Source: a virus
Strand: one strand, 5' to 3'
Length of the DNA: 64,000 bases
Virus record (IMG/VR): IMGVR_UViG_3300047160_006900
Location: 53,406 to 117,405 of that record
The notes below the pieces were generated by a model, which saw only the letters and a program-made list of their open reading frames with translations, was not told where the DNA came from and did not search any database. Position 1 is the first letter of the stretch; every line of letters starts with the position of its first letter. Below, piece after piece: positions 38,355-47,205 of the stretch. The position numbers and the translations under genes were made by a program.

Positions 38355-39365
38355 ATGACTGCTGTCGATAGTACCACACCCGACGGGCAGCGCAAGTATT
38401 ACAACCTTGTGCTTTTCGATGCTATTGCCTGTGGGTGGGCATCATCCCTCGGCCTTTCCCTCCGTGAGACGCAGGTCCTGCTCTGGATCGCCAAGCGGGG
38501 GATCCTGACGGAAGAGAACTTCGTCGGGCCGTCCTGGTTCACGCCGCATGGGCAGGCGGAGTGGGCAGCGTGTCTCCATATGTCTCATGACCACCTGCGA
38601 AAGGTCCTGGAGCGGCTACGACGGAAGGGTCTGCTGACCGATGTCCGCAGTCGGAGATTCCGGAAGGCCCCCGGGTATGGAATACCGATACATGTGATTG
38701 ACGATGCACAACGCTGGTGTGACGAGCCGTCACATTATGAGAGTGAGGATGTGACGGCTGGTCACATGGAATGTGACGACCTGTCACATGAAAACCCCTA
38801 CGACCCTTATGGGAGTAGGGCTATCGGGCCGCAAGGATATATACCAAACCTAGAAAGAAGAGAAACGATGCCCCTAAAGGGGGAGGCCTCCGGCCTCCCA
38901 GAGAAAGACTGGGAAACCCCGCCTCCTGTAACCCAGTGGGATTACGAGAAGCATCAAGAGGAGTGGTTCGACCCCAAGGGGGAGGGGGAGGACCTGGAGT
39001 GGTCACGTCCTCGGGACAACAGGACTCCTCAGCAACGACAACCAACGACCCGGCTCGCTGGCTACTTCTGGGAGCGCTGGTTGCACTCCCGAGAGTCCAA
39101 CACCATGTTGGCTCTGCCCTGGAGTACCAAGAAGGGCGGGTTCATGAAGAACCTCAAGCTCATGCTGCTGGAATACTCCGAGCGTGAACTGTACGATATG
39201 ATTGACAGGTTCTTCACCTGGGGTGTAGATCAGAAGGGCCTGGTGCTGAAGAGCGACGAACTCTGGTTGGACTTCCTCTTCGCCAAGGCCAAGCTCTATC
39301 AGCAGACCCGGCGACCGACGATCCGGGACTACACAGCACACAACGCAGCACTGGAGGACGAGTGA
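38355..39365 (+). CDS. Replication initiator (N-terminal winged HTH)
   Basis: GQAEWAACLHMSHDHLRKVLERLRRKGLL; internal iterons; precedes the DnaC-like gene. Confidence 0.7.
   Translation: MTAVDSTTPDGQRKYYNLVLFDAIACGWASSLGLSLRETQVLLWIAKRGILTEENFVGPSWFTPHGQAEWAACLHMSHDHLRKVLERLRRKGLLTDVRSRRFRKAPGYGIPIHVIDDAQRWCDEPSHYESEDVTAGHMECDDLSHENPYDPYGSRAIGPQGYIPNLERRETMPLKGEASGLPEKDWETPPPVTQWDYEKHQEEWFDPKGEGEDLEWSRPRDNRTPQQRQPTTRLAGYFWERWLHSRESNTMLALPWSTKKGGFMKNLKLMLLEYSERELYDMIDRFFTWGVDQKGLVLKSDELWLDFLFAKAKLYQQTRRPTIRDYTAHNAALEDE
38717..38789. repeat. Three palindromic iterons RTGTGAC-N5-GTCACAT (candidate origin)
   Basis: Copies at 38717, 38749 and 38771, followed by an A-rich tract near 38837-38866. 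Confidence 0.7.
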
Positions 39366-39949
39366 TCCGCAGCGAGACCGGCAAAGGACATGACGTCGGA
39401 TCCGAGGTCCCCACGCACTTGGTTCCTGAGGATCCCGAGCAGGCACTCCAGAAGTACTCGGTGGGGGTTCGGGACATGGTGGAGTCGTACTGGGAGCAGC
39501 GGAGGTGGCAACGAGGTATCGGTGTCCTCATCATTGGCCCTCCCGACTCGGGGAAGACCACATTGGGCCTCACCATCGGTCAGGGGGCATACCTGATCGA
39601 GGAGTATGCCAACGCCTTCTGGACCGAGCAGGACTTCATCGCTGATCTCCGGGCGTTCTGGACGTGGCAGGACATGATCTCCCGGATGCCCAAGGATGAC
39701 TCCCTCTGGACGTCCTACACCGATTGGGAGCGCCAACTCTGGGACTACAAGGACACCCAGGTCCTGCTCTTCGACGCCTGCTGTCGGGGCTACACCCCGA
39801 TGCACTGGTACGAGTCGGAGGGATTGCTGCGTTTCCGGAGTGATCGCAATCTCCCCACCACGATGACGGTGGATCGAGGACTGCTGGAGGGAGCTTCGGC
39901 CAGCATGCGGAGCATCATGATGAAGCACAACATCGTGATCGACCTATGA
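39362..39949 (+). CDS. DnaC/IstB-like helicase loader
   Basis: Walker A GPPDSGKT; R..RNLPT.MT motif. Confidence 0.75.
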   Translation: MIRSETGKGHDVGSEVPTHLVPEDPEQALQKYSVGVRDMVESYWEQRRWQRGIGVLIIGPPDSGKTTLGLTIGQGAYLIEEYANAFWTEQDFIADLRAFWTWQDMISRMPKDDSLWTSYTDWERQLWDYKDTQVLLFDACCRGYTPMHWYESEGLLRFRSDRNLPTTMTVDRGLLEGASASMRSIMMKHNIVIDL

Positions 39950-40464
39950 CCACCGAGACCAAGAACGTCATCTTCGTGGCCCTGTGTGCGGTGATCTTCA
40001 TCTCCATCGTGGCCATCGGCCTGATCCTGACCCGGAACGACGGCAGTGCTCCGCTTCAGGTCTCGGCAGCCGATCACCCCACCACGACGAAGCCGGTGAC
40101 CACCACCACGACGGTCCCCGTCCCCTTCGTGGCCCCGACGACGGAGGCTCCGCCCACCACGCTGTTCAGCCAGGTCGCTGCCCCGACGACGACCACAACC
40201 CCCACGACCTTGACCGCCGGGAAGGCGGGGTCACCGATCATCATCGTGGCCCCGTCCCCTACCACGGCTCCGCCGACGACGGCGAAGCCGCCGGTAACCA
40301 GCACGGTTCCAGCCACCACGACGACGGCTCCGCCGACCACGACGGTACCCCTGACCACCGTTCCGCCAACCACGGTGCCTCCGACGACCGTGCCCCCCAC
40401 CACGGTCCCGCCGACGACCACCACCAAGCCGGTGGTCCCGACCACGATGCCCCCGGCCCCCTGA
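39946..40464 (+). CDS. Membrane-anchored Thr/Pro-rich (mucin-like) protein
   Basis: N-terminal TM helix; VPPTT tandem repeats. Confidence 0.75.
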   Translation: MTTETKNVIFVALCAVIFISIVAIGLILTRNDGSAPLQVSAADHPTTTKPVTTTTTVPVPFVAPTTEAPPTTLFSQVAAPTTTTTPTTLTAGKAGSPIIIVAPSPTTAPPTTAKPPVTSTVPATTTTAPPTTTVPLTTVPPTTVPPTTVPPTTVPPTTTTKPVVPTTMPPAP

Positions 40465-40886
40465 TGGAGCACGGGGATCTAGGAACCTGGGTCGATCACG
40501 GGGTCCTGGTCGTGCTGGAGGGGGTGCTGGCCCAGATCCCCCCGCCGGAGACCGAAGGGTGGTTCCGCAAGCGGCTCATCTGGACCACACCTGACCACTG
40601 GGGCTGGTCCCGACACGCCATGAAGGTGATCAACGACAAGGCGTACCGGCTCAGCCTCCCCATGGAGGTGATCACCTTCACCGACCCGTGGGTGGCCGAG
40701 GAGGCGACTGAGTGGCTGGACAAGTACTCCGTGGCCGTAGCGGGTTGCCAGCACTACGTCTTCGACTACTTCTGTGAGTCCCTGACCTGGCGACCGAACG
40801 TCCAGGCCATCGTGGATTCCGACCCCAACCGGATCCATCGATACGGGCAGCGGGGGTATCAGACGGTATGGGGAGGAGAGTTCTAG
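40464..40886 (+). CDS. Hypothetical protein (degenerate HAD-like fold possible)
   Basis: TGATG coupling; MEHGDLG..VLVVLEGVL. Confidence 0.6.
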   Translation: MEHGDLGTWVDHGVLVVLEGVLAQIPPPETEGWFRKRLIWTTPDHWGWSRHAMKVINDKAYRLSLPMEVITFTDPWVAEEATEWLDKYSVAVAGCQHYVFDYFCESLTWRPNVQAIVDSDPNRIHRYGQRGYQTVWGGEF

Positions 40887-42194
40887 GTGGACACGCAGGA
40901 AGCCTGTCTATCGAAGATCGTCTTGGAAGCGGATCTCACTCCGTTCATCGATGCCCGTATCACGGGGAAGTTCTTCCCTGATCCCAAACATCGCAAGATT
41001 TGGGACATGGTGATGGATCACTTCAAGAAGTACGGGAAACCCCCGGACGAGACCGTGATCCACAAGGCTTACCCGACCTACACCTTCACGAAGTACATCG
41101 AACCCACGGTCTTCTATCTCCAACAACTCCAGCAGGATCGGAAGAAAGAGATCCTCACCAAGTACGTCCAGTCCTACATCGACCGTATCAACGAGGAGGA
41201 AGGCCCCACCATCGGGGATGAGTTGGAGAGCATCCTGCGGCATGGGATGACCCAGGCTGCTCATGAGATTTCTCAAGGTCGAGATACCGATTTCTACCCT
41301 TCCGGATCTCTGGTCAAGGCCAAGATCCAGGAGCGGGTGTTGATGGAGGGGAAGCTGAGGGGTATCAGCACCGGCTTCCACGGTATGGACCACCTCACCA
41401 GCGGCCTGCAACCCGAGCAGTTGATCTGCGTGGTGGGCACGGCCAAGGCAGGAAAGTCCTCCATGTTGTTGAAGATGGCGTTCAACGCCCATCGTCACGG
41501 CAGTCGAGTGTTGTTCGTGACCTTTGAGATGTCGATCAGCGAACAAGAAGACCGGCTGGTTTCCCTGCTCACCGGTATCGGGCTCTCCAAGATCCTCAAC
41601 GGGAATCTCGATGCGCCTGAGCAGCAGGCGGTCAACAAGGTGTTGGACCTGCGGGAGAGTATGGAGGGGCTCATTCTCTCCAGTGACATCGACGGGGCGA
41701 TCACGATCTCCGGGATCCAGGCCAAGATCCAGCAGTACGCTCCGGATCTGGTGCTCATCGATGGGCTGTATCTGATGGATGACGAGACCGGGCACGACAA
41801 GGGATCCCCCCAGGCCCTCACTGCATTGACCCGCAGCTTCAAGCGGCTAGCTCAGACCGCCCGCAAGCCCATCGTGATCACCACCCAGGCCATGGACTAC
41901 CGCTCCAAGGGCGGGTTGAATATCGGCAGTATCGGATACTCCTCCAGCTTCGCCCAGGACTCCGACATCGTGTTCGGGGTCGAGCCCCACAAGGATCTGG
42001 ACAAGGTCTCCAAGTTTCACGTCCTGGCCTCCCGTTCCACTCCCCGAGGGCATGTCCATTTCCGATTCGATTGGTCACAGGGGATGGTGGAGGAGATGGA
42101 TGACATCGAGTACGAGCAGGCTCTGAACAATCTGCCTCCGGCGAGCACCACGTTGGGGAAGAAGAAGAACAAGGGTGGGTATGGCCGATCTTGA
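40887..42194 (+). CDS. dnaB: DnaB-like replicative helicase
   Basis: GISTGF, GTAKAGKS, FEMS, LVLIDGLYLM and QDSD motifs. Confidence 0.93.
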   Translation: MDTQEACLSKIVLEADLTPFIDARITGKFFPDPKHRKIWDMVMDHFKKYGKPPDETVIHKAYPTYTFTKYIEPTVFYLQQLQQDRKKEILTKYVQSYIDRINEEEGPTIGDELESILRHGMTQAAHEISQGRDTDFYPSGSLVKAKIQERVLMEGKLRGISTGFHGMDHLTSGLQPEQLICVVGTAKAGKSSMLLKMAFNAHRHGSRVLFVTFEMSISEQEDRLVSLLTGIGLSKILNGNLDAPEQQAVNKVLDLRESMEGLILSSDIDGAITISGIQAKIQQYAPDLVLIDGLYLMDDETGHDKGSPQALTALTRSFKRLAQTARKPIVITTQAMDYRSKGGLNIGSIGYSSSFAQDSDIVFGVEPHKDLDKVSKFHVLASRSTPRGHVHFRFDWSQGMVEEMDDIEYEQALNNLPPASTTLGKKKNKGGYGRS

Positions 42195-43080
42195 GGGAGC
42201 GCTGGCCGAGCTAGGGATCGAGGTCGCCAGCGTCAGTGGCAAGGAGTACTGGGCGCACTGCCCCGGGCATGCGGCCCGGACGGGGAAGCCCGACAACAAG
42301 CCGTCCTGGTCCATCAACGGGGAGTCCCTGGCCCACCACTGCTTCTCCTGTGGATACTCGGGGAACCTCGTCACCCTGTATCGGGATCTGATCGGGAAGG
42401 CTCCCGACAACCTGGAGTGGGAACTCGCCAAGCAGGGAGTCCTGCGGGCGATGGAGCCCACGGCCAAGATGGACGAGGGACCCAAGGTCAGCGAGTGGAC
42501 CCTGAAGCAGTTCGTGGACGTCCCCGACCGGCTGCTGCAGCATCGGTATCTCCAGCGGGAGTCGGTGGACTTCTATGGCGTCCGCTGGGATCCGGAGGGC
42601 AAGTGCTGGGTGATCCCGATCCGGGATCCCAATGGGGTGCTGCTGGGCTATCAGTACCGGCAGAAGGGCAACGTCATCAACTACCCCCCGGGGATGAAGA
42701 AGTCCACCACGCTCTTCGGTGCCCACCTGTACTTCCCCGAGAACATCGCCCGGATCACGGTGGTGGAGTCTCCACTCGACGCCGTGCGCTTCCACGGCAT
42801 CGGGGTGGATGCGGTCTCCACCTTCGGGGCGGCGTTCAGCGAGGAGCAGGTCACCCTGTTGGCCAGGCACTTCCGTCTCGTCGTGGTGGCCTATGACAAC
42901 GACGGCCCGGGGATTAAGGCCAACTTCTACCTCCGCAAGGCTCTGCAGAAGCTGGGAGTTGTTGCCATTGAGTTTGATTACTCTGGACTTGCAGCCAAGG
43001 ACCCCGGTGATGTACAGTCTGATGAAGCGCTACTAAAGGCTTGGAGAACGAGTAACTCGTTCGGACTCATCCCATCATAG
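42181..43080 (+). CDS. dnaG: DNA primase (zinc finger + TOPRIM)
   Basis: CPGH..HCFSCG; VVESPLDA; YDNDGPG; KDPGD. Confidence 0.92.
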   Translation: MADLEGALAELGIEVASVSGKEYWAHCPGHAARTGKPDNKPSWSINGESLAHHCFSCGYSGNLVTLYRDLIGKAPDNLEWELAKQGVLRAMEPTAKMDEGPKVSEWTLKQFVDVPDRLLQHRYLQRESVDFYGVRWDPEGKCWVIPIRDPNGVLLGYQYRQKGNVINYPPGMKKSTTLFGAHLYFPENIARITVVESPLDAVRFHGIGVDAVSTFGAAFSEEQVTLLARHFRLVVVAYDNDGPGIKANFYLRKALQKLGVVAIEFDYSGLAAKDPGDVQSDEALLKAWRTSNSFGLIPS

Positions 43081-43089
43081 GAGTGGCAA

Positions 43090-43521
43090 GTGAAACGGGT
43101 TCTGGTGATCTCCATCGGAGCAGTCGTCGGGTTGGCACTCTTGCTGGTTGCCACGGTCTTCCTGGGCATGGCGAGTGCCCACGTCCCCACCGTCACCGCT
43201 GACTGTCAGAACGGCCTCGCCGTCTCGGCCTCGGCGTACTCCCCACCTCCGGCCATCAACACGGCTACCGTCACCTTCGACAATCAGGTGGTGTACGTGA
43301 ACCCCAACTTCGGGACGGGCTTCACCTTCACCAAGGCCAACCCGGACAAGACGGTGGCCCACACCTACTCGGTGGACATCGTGAGTGCTGTCGGGGAGGG
43401 CACGTTGCACACGGGCGTGGTCTCCATACCGTCGTGTGTGACTCCGCCTCCGCCGCCCCACCCTGTCCCTCCGGCTCCTCCGGCCCCGCCGGTCGTCACT
43501 CCCCCGCACACAGCGGGTTGA
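43090..43521 (+). CDS. Secreted or membrane protein with a Pro-rich tail
   Basis: Signal peptide ending ASA-H; two Cys; PPPPPHPVPPAPPAPPVVTPPHTAG. Confidence 0.7.
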   Translation: MKRVLVISIGAVVGLALLLVATVFLGMASAHVPTVTADCQNGLAVSASAYSPPPAINTATVTFDNQVVYVNPNFGTGFTFTKANPDKTVAHTYSVDIVSAVGEGTLHTGVVSIPSCVTPPPPPHPVPPAPPAPPVVTPPHTAG

Positions 43522-43532
43522 GGAGGATCAAC

Positions 43533-43724
43533 ATGCCCATCAACACCGAGAACGATCGGGTCGAGGTCTACAAGGGTGCCGACGACTTCTGGCACTGGCG
43601 TCGGGTCGACACCAACAACGGCAAGATCCTCTCCATCTCCAGCGAGGGCTATGTGAACCAGAGCTACGCTGCCGAGGCGGCGGAGGCTTACAACGTCGGC
43701 GTACCAATCGTTGAGCACGGCTAG
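43533..43724 (+). CDS. DUF1508/YegP-like protein
   Basis: EVYK..D.WHWR....NGKI..SSEGY; GGAGG RBS. Confidence 0.8.
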   Translation: MPINTENDRVEVYKGADDFWHWRRVDTNNGKILSISSEGYVNQSYAAEAAEAYNVGVPIVEHG

Positions 43725-43749
43725 TCCACTCACGGCAGGGAGAACAACG

Positions 43750-43827
43750 GTGTTCACCTTGGGCCTCGTCGGCCTCTTCGTGTGGTGTGTGTTTCGGATC
43801 TATCAGACATGGTGGAAAGGGGAGTAG
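43750..43827 (+). CDS. 25-aa single-TM microprotein (not in the ORF track)
   Basis: GGGAG RBS; MFTLGLVGLFVWCVFRIYQTWWKGE; stop abuts the next ATG. Confidence 0.5.
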   Translation: MFTLGLVGLFVWCVFRIYQTWWKGE

Positions 43828-44322
43828 ATGAATCGCAAGTCCTTGGAAGAGAAGGTCGATCAACTGCATGACACCATCGGGGATCTCTCCGGTGAGATCC
43901 GGGAACTCCGGGCCGAACGGGACGCCCTCACTGACGCCTCCGCTCTGCGGGAGGAGCGGGACCGGATCAAGACCGAACTGGTCGAACTCCAGATCGAGAA
44001 GTCCAAGGTGGACGAGGAGCACGACCGCCGGGAGCGGGAGACCCTCCACAAGGTGGGGCTGGAGCGCAAGCGGCAGGAGTTTGAGGCCGACGCCGCCAAG
44101 CGGGAGGCCAAGCTGGAGGTCCGGGAAGAGGCCCTGGACTCCGCCAAGGATCTCGTCCAAGACAAGTTGGACTTCATGCAGGAGCGCATGACCGAGGAGA
44201 TCAAGTACCTCAAGGAGTCGGTCATCGAGGCCGTCATCAAGCTGGTGCCCACGGTCACGGTGGAGAAGTCCATCTCCCTCTCGGACGCCGCTGACCGCCG
44301 ACGGAAGGCGGCGAGCGAATGA
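43828..44322 (+). CDS. Coiled-coil protein
   Basis: E/K/R-rich heptad pattern. Confidence 0.7.
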   Translation: MNRKSLEEKVDQLHDTIGDLSGEIRELRAERDALTDASALREERDRIKTELVELQIEKSKVDEEHDRRERETLHKVGLERKRQEFEADAAKREAKLEVREEALDSAKDLVQDKLDFMQERMTEEIKYLKESVIEAVIKLVPTVTVEKSISLSDAADRRRKAASE

Positions 44323-44549
44323 ACAGCGTGCCGTGGAACACCTACAGCGTGGGAGGGTCGTCGCAGTACTACACGACCCAGCAGCCGCTGTACTACACGA
44401 CCTCCGGGACCTCCATGGCGTCCACCAGCAACACGTTCCTCATGCAGCCGGTGGAGCCGGTGAAGCACCCGACCGAGTTTCGGTACGAGAACGATCTGGA
44501 GTGGCTGGACCGCCGGGTCGGTGAGGTCATCGCTCCGATCGCCGCCTGA
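44319..44549 (+). CDS. Hypothetical protein
   Basis: Coupled start/stop overlaps on both sides. Confidence 0.6.
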   Translation: MNSVPWNTYSVGGSSQYYTTQQPLYYTTSGTSMASTSNTFLMQPVEPVKHPTEFRYENDLEWLDRRVGEVIAPIAA

Positions 44550-44746
44550 TGTACCAGGAGTTCATCGTCACCCTCGGGAAGTACATGGAGGCACTGGACG
44601 CCGTGCAGGAGTCGATCACCGAGAAGGAGGGCCTGACCCCCTACCTCGGCAAGATCGAGGTCATGCTCGACGGGGAGGTCTGCGGGCACCTCGTCGGCGA
44701 CGAGTTTGGATTCCACTACGAACCGGTCCAGGTCAGGCCGACCTGA
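44549..44746 (+). CDS. Hypothetical protein
   Basis: TGATG coupling; typical codon bias. Confidence 0.6.
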   Translation: MYQEFIVTLGKYMEALDAVQESITEKEGLTPYLGKIEVMLDGEVCGHLVGDEFGFHYEPVQVRPT

Positions 44747-44764
44747 TCAGAAGGAGCACAAACT

Positions 44765-45124
44765 GTGGAAGCAATCCGTGTCAACAAGGGTGAACTGATC
44801 TCCATCCTGACCACCAACATGGGCCAGCACTCCACCACGGTGGCGAAGGCCGAGGAGATCTTCCGGGAGAGGGTCCAGGAGAAGCTGGACGAGGCGCTCA
44901 AGGCGGTGAAGAAGGGCAAGCCCATCGGCCGGGACGTGCTGTTCATCGCCCTGCCGGTACCGGAGAACCACCGGGCCGATTACGAGCGGGTCCTGTCCAT
45001 GCTCAGCCTCTCGCTGGATGACGAGGTCAAGCTGGGTGAGGCCGACTACCGCCGTTACGTGCTGGACGAGTGGGAGTGGCAGGGCAGCTTCGCCACCAAC
45101 ACGACGAGCTACTTGGCGACATGA
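44765..45124 (+). CDS. Hypothetical phage protein
   Basis: AAGGAG RBS; LPVPENH..DY.R...ML..S.DD. Confidence 0.7.
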   Translation: MEAIRVNKGELISILTTNMGQHSTTVAKAEEIFRERVQEKLDEALKAVKKGKPIGRDVLFIALPVPENHRADYERVLSMLSLSLDDEVKLGEADYRRYVLDEWEWQGSFATNTTSYLAT

Positions 45125-45453
45125 GCGAGACCAGCACCGAGACCGAGAAGGAACCGACGGCCTTTCGCTGCCCGAAGTGCGGCCGGTACTTCGATTCCAA
45201 CCAACGGATGCAGACCCACCGGGCTGCTGCCCACGGGTATCGGAACCGGGCTCGTCAGAAGAAGATGTCCGAGAACGGTGAGGTGGTGAAGCCCCGATCC
45301 CGACGGGCGCTGCGGGCAGCGCATGTCGATCAGGATCTGGCCGAGATCGTCAGTCGACTCTTCCCCAAGGGTGTCCCCACGAAGGACGTGGTCCAACTGG
45401 CGGACATCCTGCGGGAGATCCAGGCTCTCCGTGAACGCCTGCTGGACGGGTGA
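45121..45453 (+). CDS. C2H2 zinc-finger protein
   Basis: FRCPKCGRYFDSNQRMQTHRAAAH. Confidence 0.75.
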   Translation: MSETSTETEKEPTAFRCPKCGRYFDSNQRMQTHRAAAHGYRNRARQKKMSENGEVVKPRSRRALRAAHVDQDLAEIVSRLFPKGVPTKDVVQLADILREIQALRERLLDG

Positions 45454-45531
45454 CCAAGAAAAAGTGACGCTCGCCTCTGGTGCTCTGGGTTGAAGGGATT
45501 CTAGTATCGACTTCAACCTTGGAGGGCAGGC

Positions 45532-45684
45532 ATGTGCTGTATCTGCAAGGGCTGGGCGTGTGATCACCACGTTGGTCAGCATTCGTATTGCTATGACCAC
45601 GACGTTGGCTATCGGGCATGCTGGCCGACGACTACTTGCTTCATCACCCCGCTGAAAGCCTCGGAGATGAAGCGTCGTGCCTGA
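45532..45684 (+). CDS. 50-aa Cys/His-rich microprotein (not in the ORF track)
   Basis: GGAGG RBS; MCCICKGWACDHHVGQHSYCYDH.. Confidence 0.55.
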   Translation: MCCICKGWACDHHVGQHSYCYDHDVGYRACWPTTTCFITPLKASEMKRRA

Positions 45685-46942
45685 GGGCGGGGGTCGGTAC
45701 GCCTCGGTGCTGGCCACTGCGATCGGTGTCGATCTCATCATCACCTCCTTCACAGTGACTCCCTTGTCCCCGACTGCTGGGGACAACGTGGTCTTCACGG
45801 TCACGGTCAAGAACCAGGGGACGGTTGCCGTCACTGCCGGTCGGGCCAACGGCCAGAACATCGGCGTCGGTATCTATCTGGACGGGGCGTCGACCCCGGT
45901 CACCTATACCAACTATGACGGTGGCTTAGCTCCGGGAGCCAGCTTCACCCAGGACACAGTCAGCGGGTGGGCTCCTGGCGGGGGCTGGTTCGCCATCCAG
46001 GGGACCCACACGGCGATGGCCTGGGTGGATGACCAGAACCTGATCCCGGAGGCCAACGACACCAACAACCAGACCAGTATCTCGCTCACGGTAGCGGCAG
46101 GGACCGGAGGTAGTGGTGGGACCACCAAGTACTACGTGGCCTCCTCGTCGTGGAACACCCCCATCCCTGCGGGTCGTACCTACACCGACAACGCCCAGTT
46201 GAAAGCCGGTGGCTGGTTTGAGTACCAGCAGTACGGCATCCCGGTGGTGACCTCGGCCCCGACGGACCCGGTGGTGACCATCCCCGCCCCTGCTTCCTGG
46301 GGCTATGACGCTCAGACGATCCAACTGCGGATTCCCACCTCAGGAGTGGGAGCCACTGGTACCGATGGCAGTCTGTGTGTGATCGACGGGAACACCGCTT
46401 GGGACTTCTGGCAGTTCCATCGCAGTGGAAACACGGCGACTTGTAGTGCGTGGGCCAAGTCCAACATCGTCACCGAGACCGGCTGGGCCAACAACGGGAC
46501 GTTCCCAGCGGCGGGGATCCATGCCACCGGCTCCGCCCTGTTGGCGGGGTTGATCTTCGGGAACGAACTCAAGAACGGGTTCAGCCACGCTCTGGCGGTC
46601 GATATCCGTGGCGACATGTCGACCGGCGGGTTCATCTATCCGGCTATCAACTCCGACGGTGGCGGGGGCACGATCAATGAGGGTCAGCGGTTGGGGATCC
46701 CTCCCGGGGTCTCCATGCCGGGGGGCATGTCGGTACCGGCGCAGAACATCTGGCGAGCCTGTCAAACCTATGGCTGCTTCGTCATCGATACCGCCGGGAT
46801 CAGCCAGTCGGTCGAGTTTGTGGCTGACACCATCACCACCGATCCGCATGATGCCGATCTGTTGTACAACGCCCCGACCTATGACGCCCCTGATCTCGCA
46901 ACGATCACGAATGCACTTCGGATTGTTACCCCATCTCCCTGA
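45677..46942 (+). CDS. CARDB/Ig domain + uncharacterised C-terminal domain
   Basis: DLIITS..PTAGDNVVFTVTVKNQG..VDDQNLIPEANDTNN; SSWNTPIP domain. Confidence 0.75.
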   Translation: MPEGGGRYASVLATAIGVDLIITSFTVTPLSPTAGDNVVFTVTVKNQGTVAVTAGRANGQNIGVGIYLDGASTPVTYTNYDGGLAPGASFTQDTVSGWAPGGGWFAIQGTHTAMAWVDDQNLIPEANDTNNQTSISLTVAAGTGGSGGTTKYYVASSSWNTPIPAGRTYTDNAQLKAGGWFEYQQYGIPVVTSAPTDPVVTIPAPASWGYDAQTIQLRIPTSGVGATGTDGSLCVIDGNTAWDFWQFHRSGNTATCSAWAKSNIVTETGWANNGTFPAAGIHATGSALLAGLIFGNELKNGFSHALAVDIRGDMSTGGFIYPAINSDGGGGTINEGQRLGIPPGVSMPGGMSVPAQNIWRACQTYGCFVIDTAGISQSVEFVADTITTDPHDADLLYNAPTYDAPDLATITNALRIVTPSP

Positions 46943-46974
46943 GGGAGGGGTTTGGAATCATAAGGATCACGACC

Positions 46975-47205
46975 ATGCAGCAGAAGCAACCTTCAAGCAG
47001 CAATGGGGGAGGACGACCGAGCGGAACAGGATGGCACTGGTGGGGATACGAAGAGTCACTCATCTTTGTCGTAGCATCGTGGGCAGTAGATGTGGGAGCA
47101 TTGAACGACACCCACGCTCTACTTGAGTATTTCGACACCCCGTACAAGCATCCCGAACTCTTTGAGGCCTGGTGTGACAGCAGCCCCACAGGACGTACGC
47201 TCTGA
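46975..47205 (+). CDS. Hypothetical protein
   Basis: AAGGA RBS; fills the gap before the helicase. Confidence 0.45.
   Translation: MQQKQPSSSNGGGRPSGTGWHWWGYEESLIFVVASWAVDVGALNDTHALLEYFDTPYKHPELFEAWCDSSPTGRTL

Noticed and set aside
38717-38789. CRP/GlxR binding sites
   Set aside because: Half-site spacing is TGTGA-N7-TCACA rather than N6, and the intragenic triple array fits iterons better
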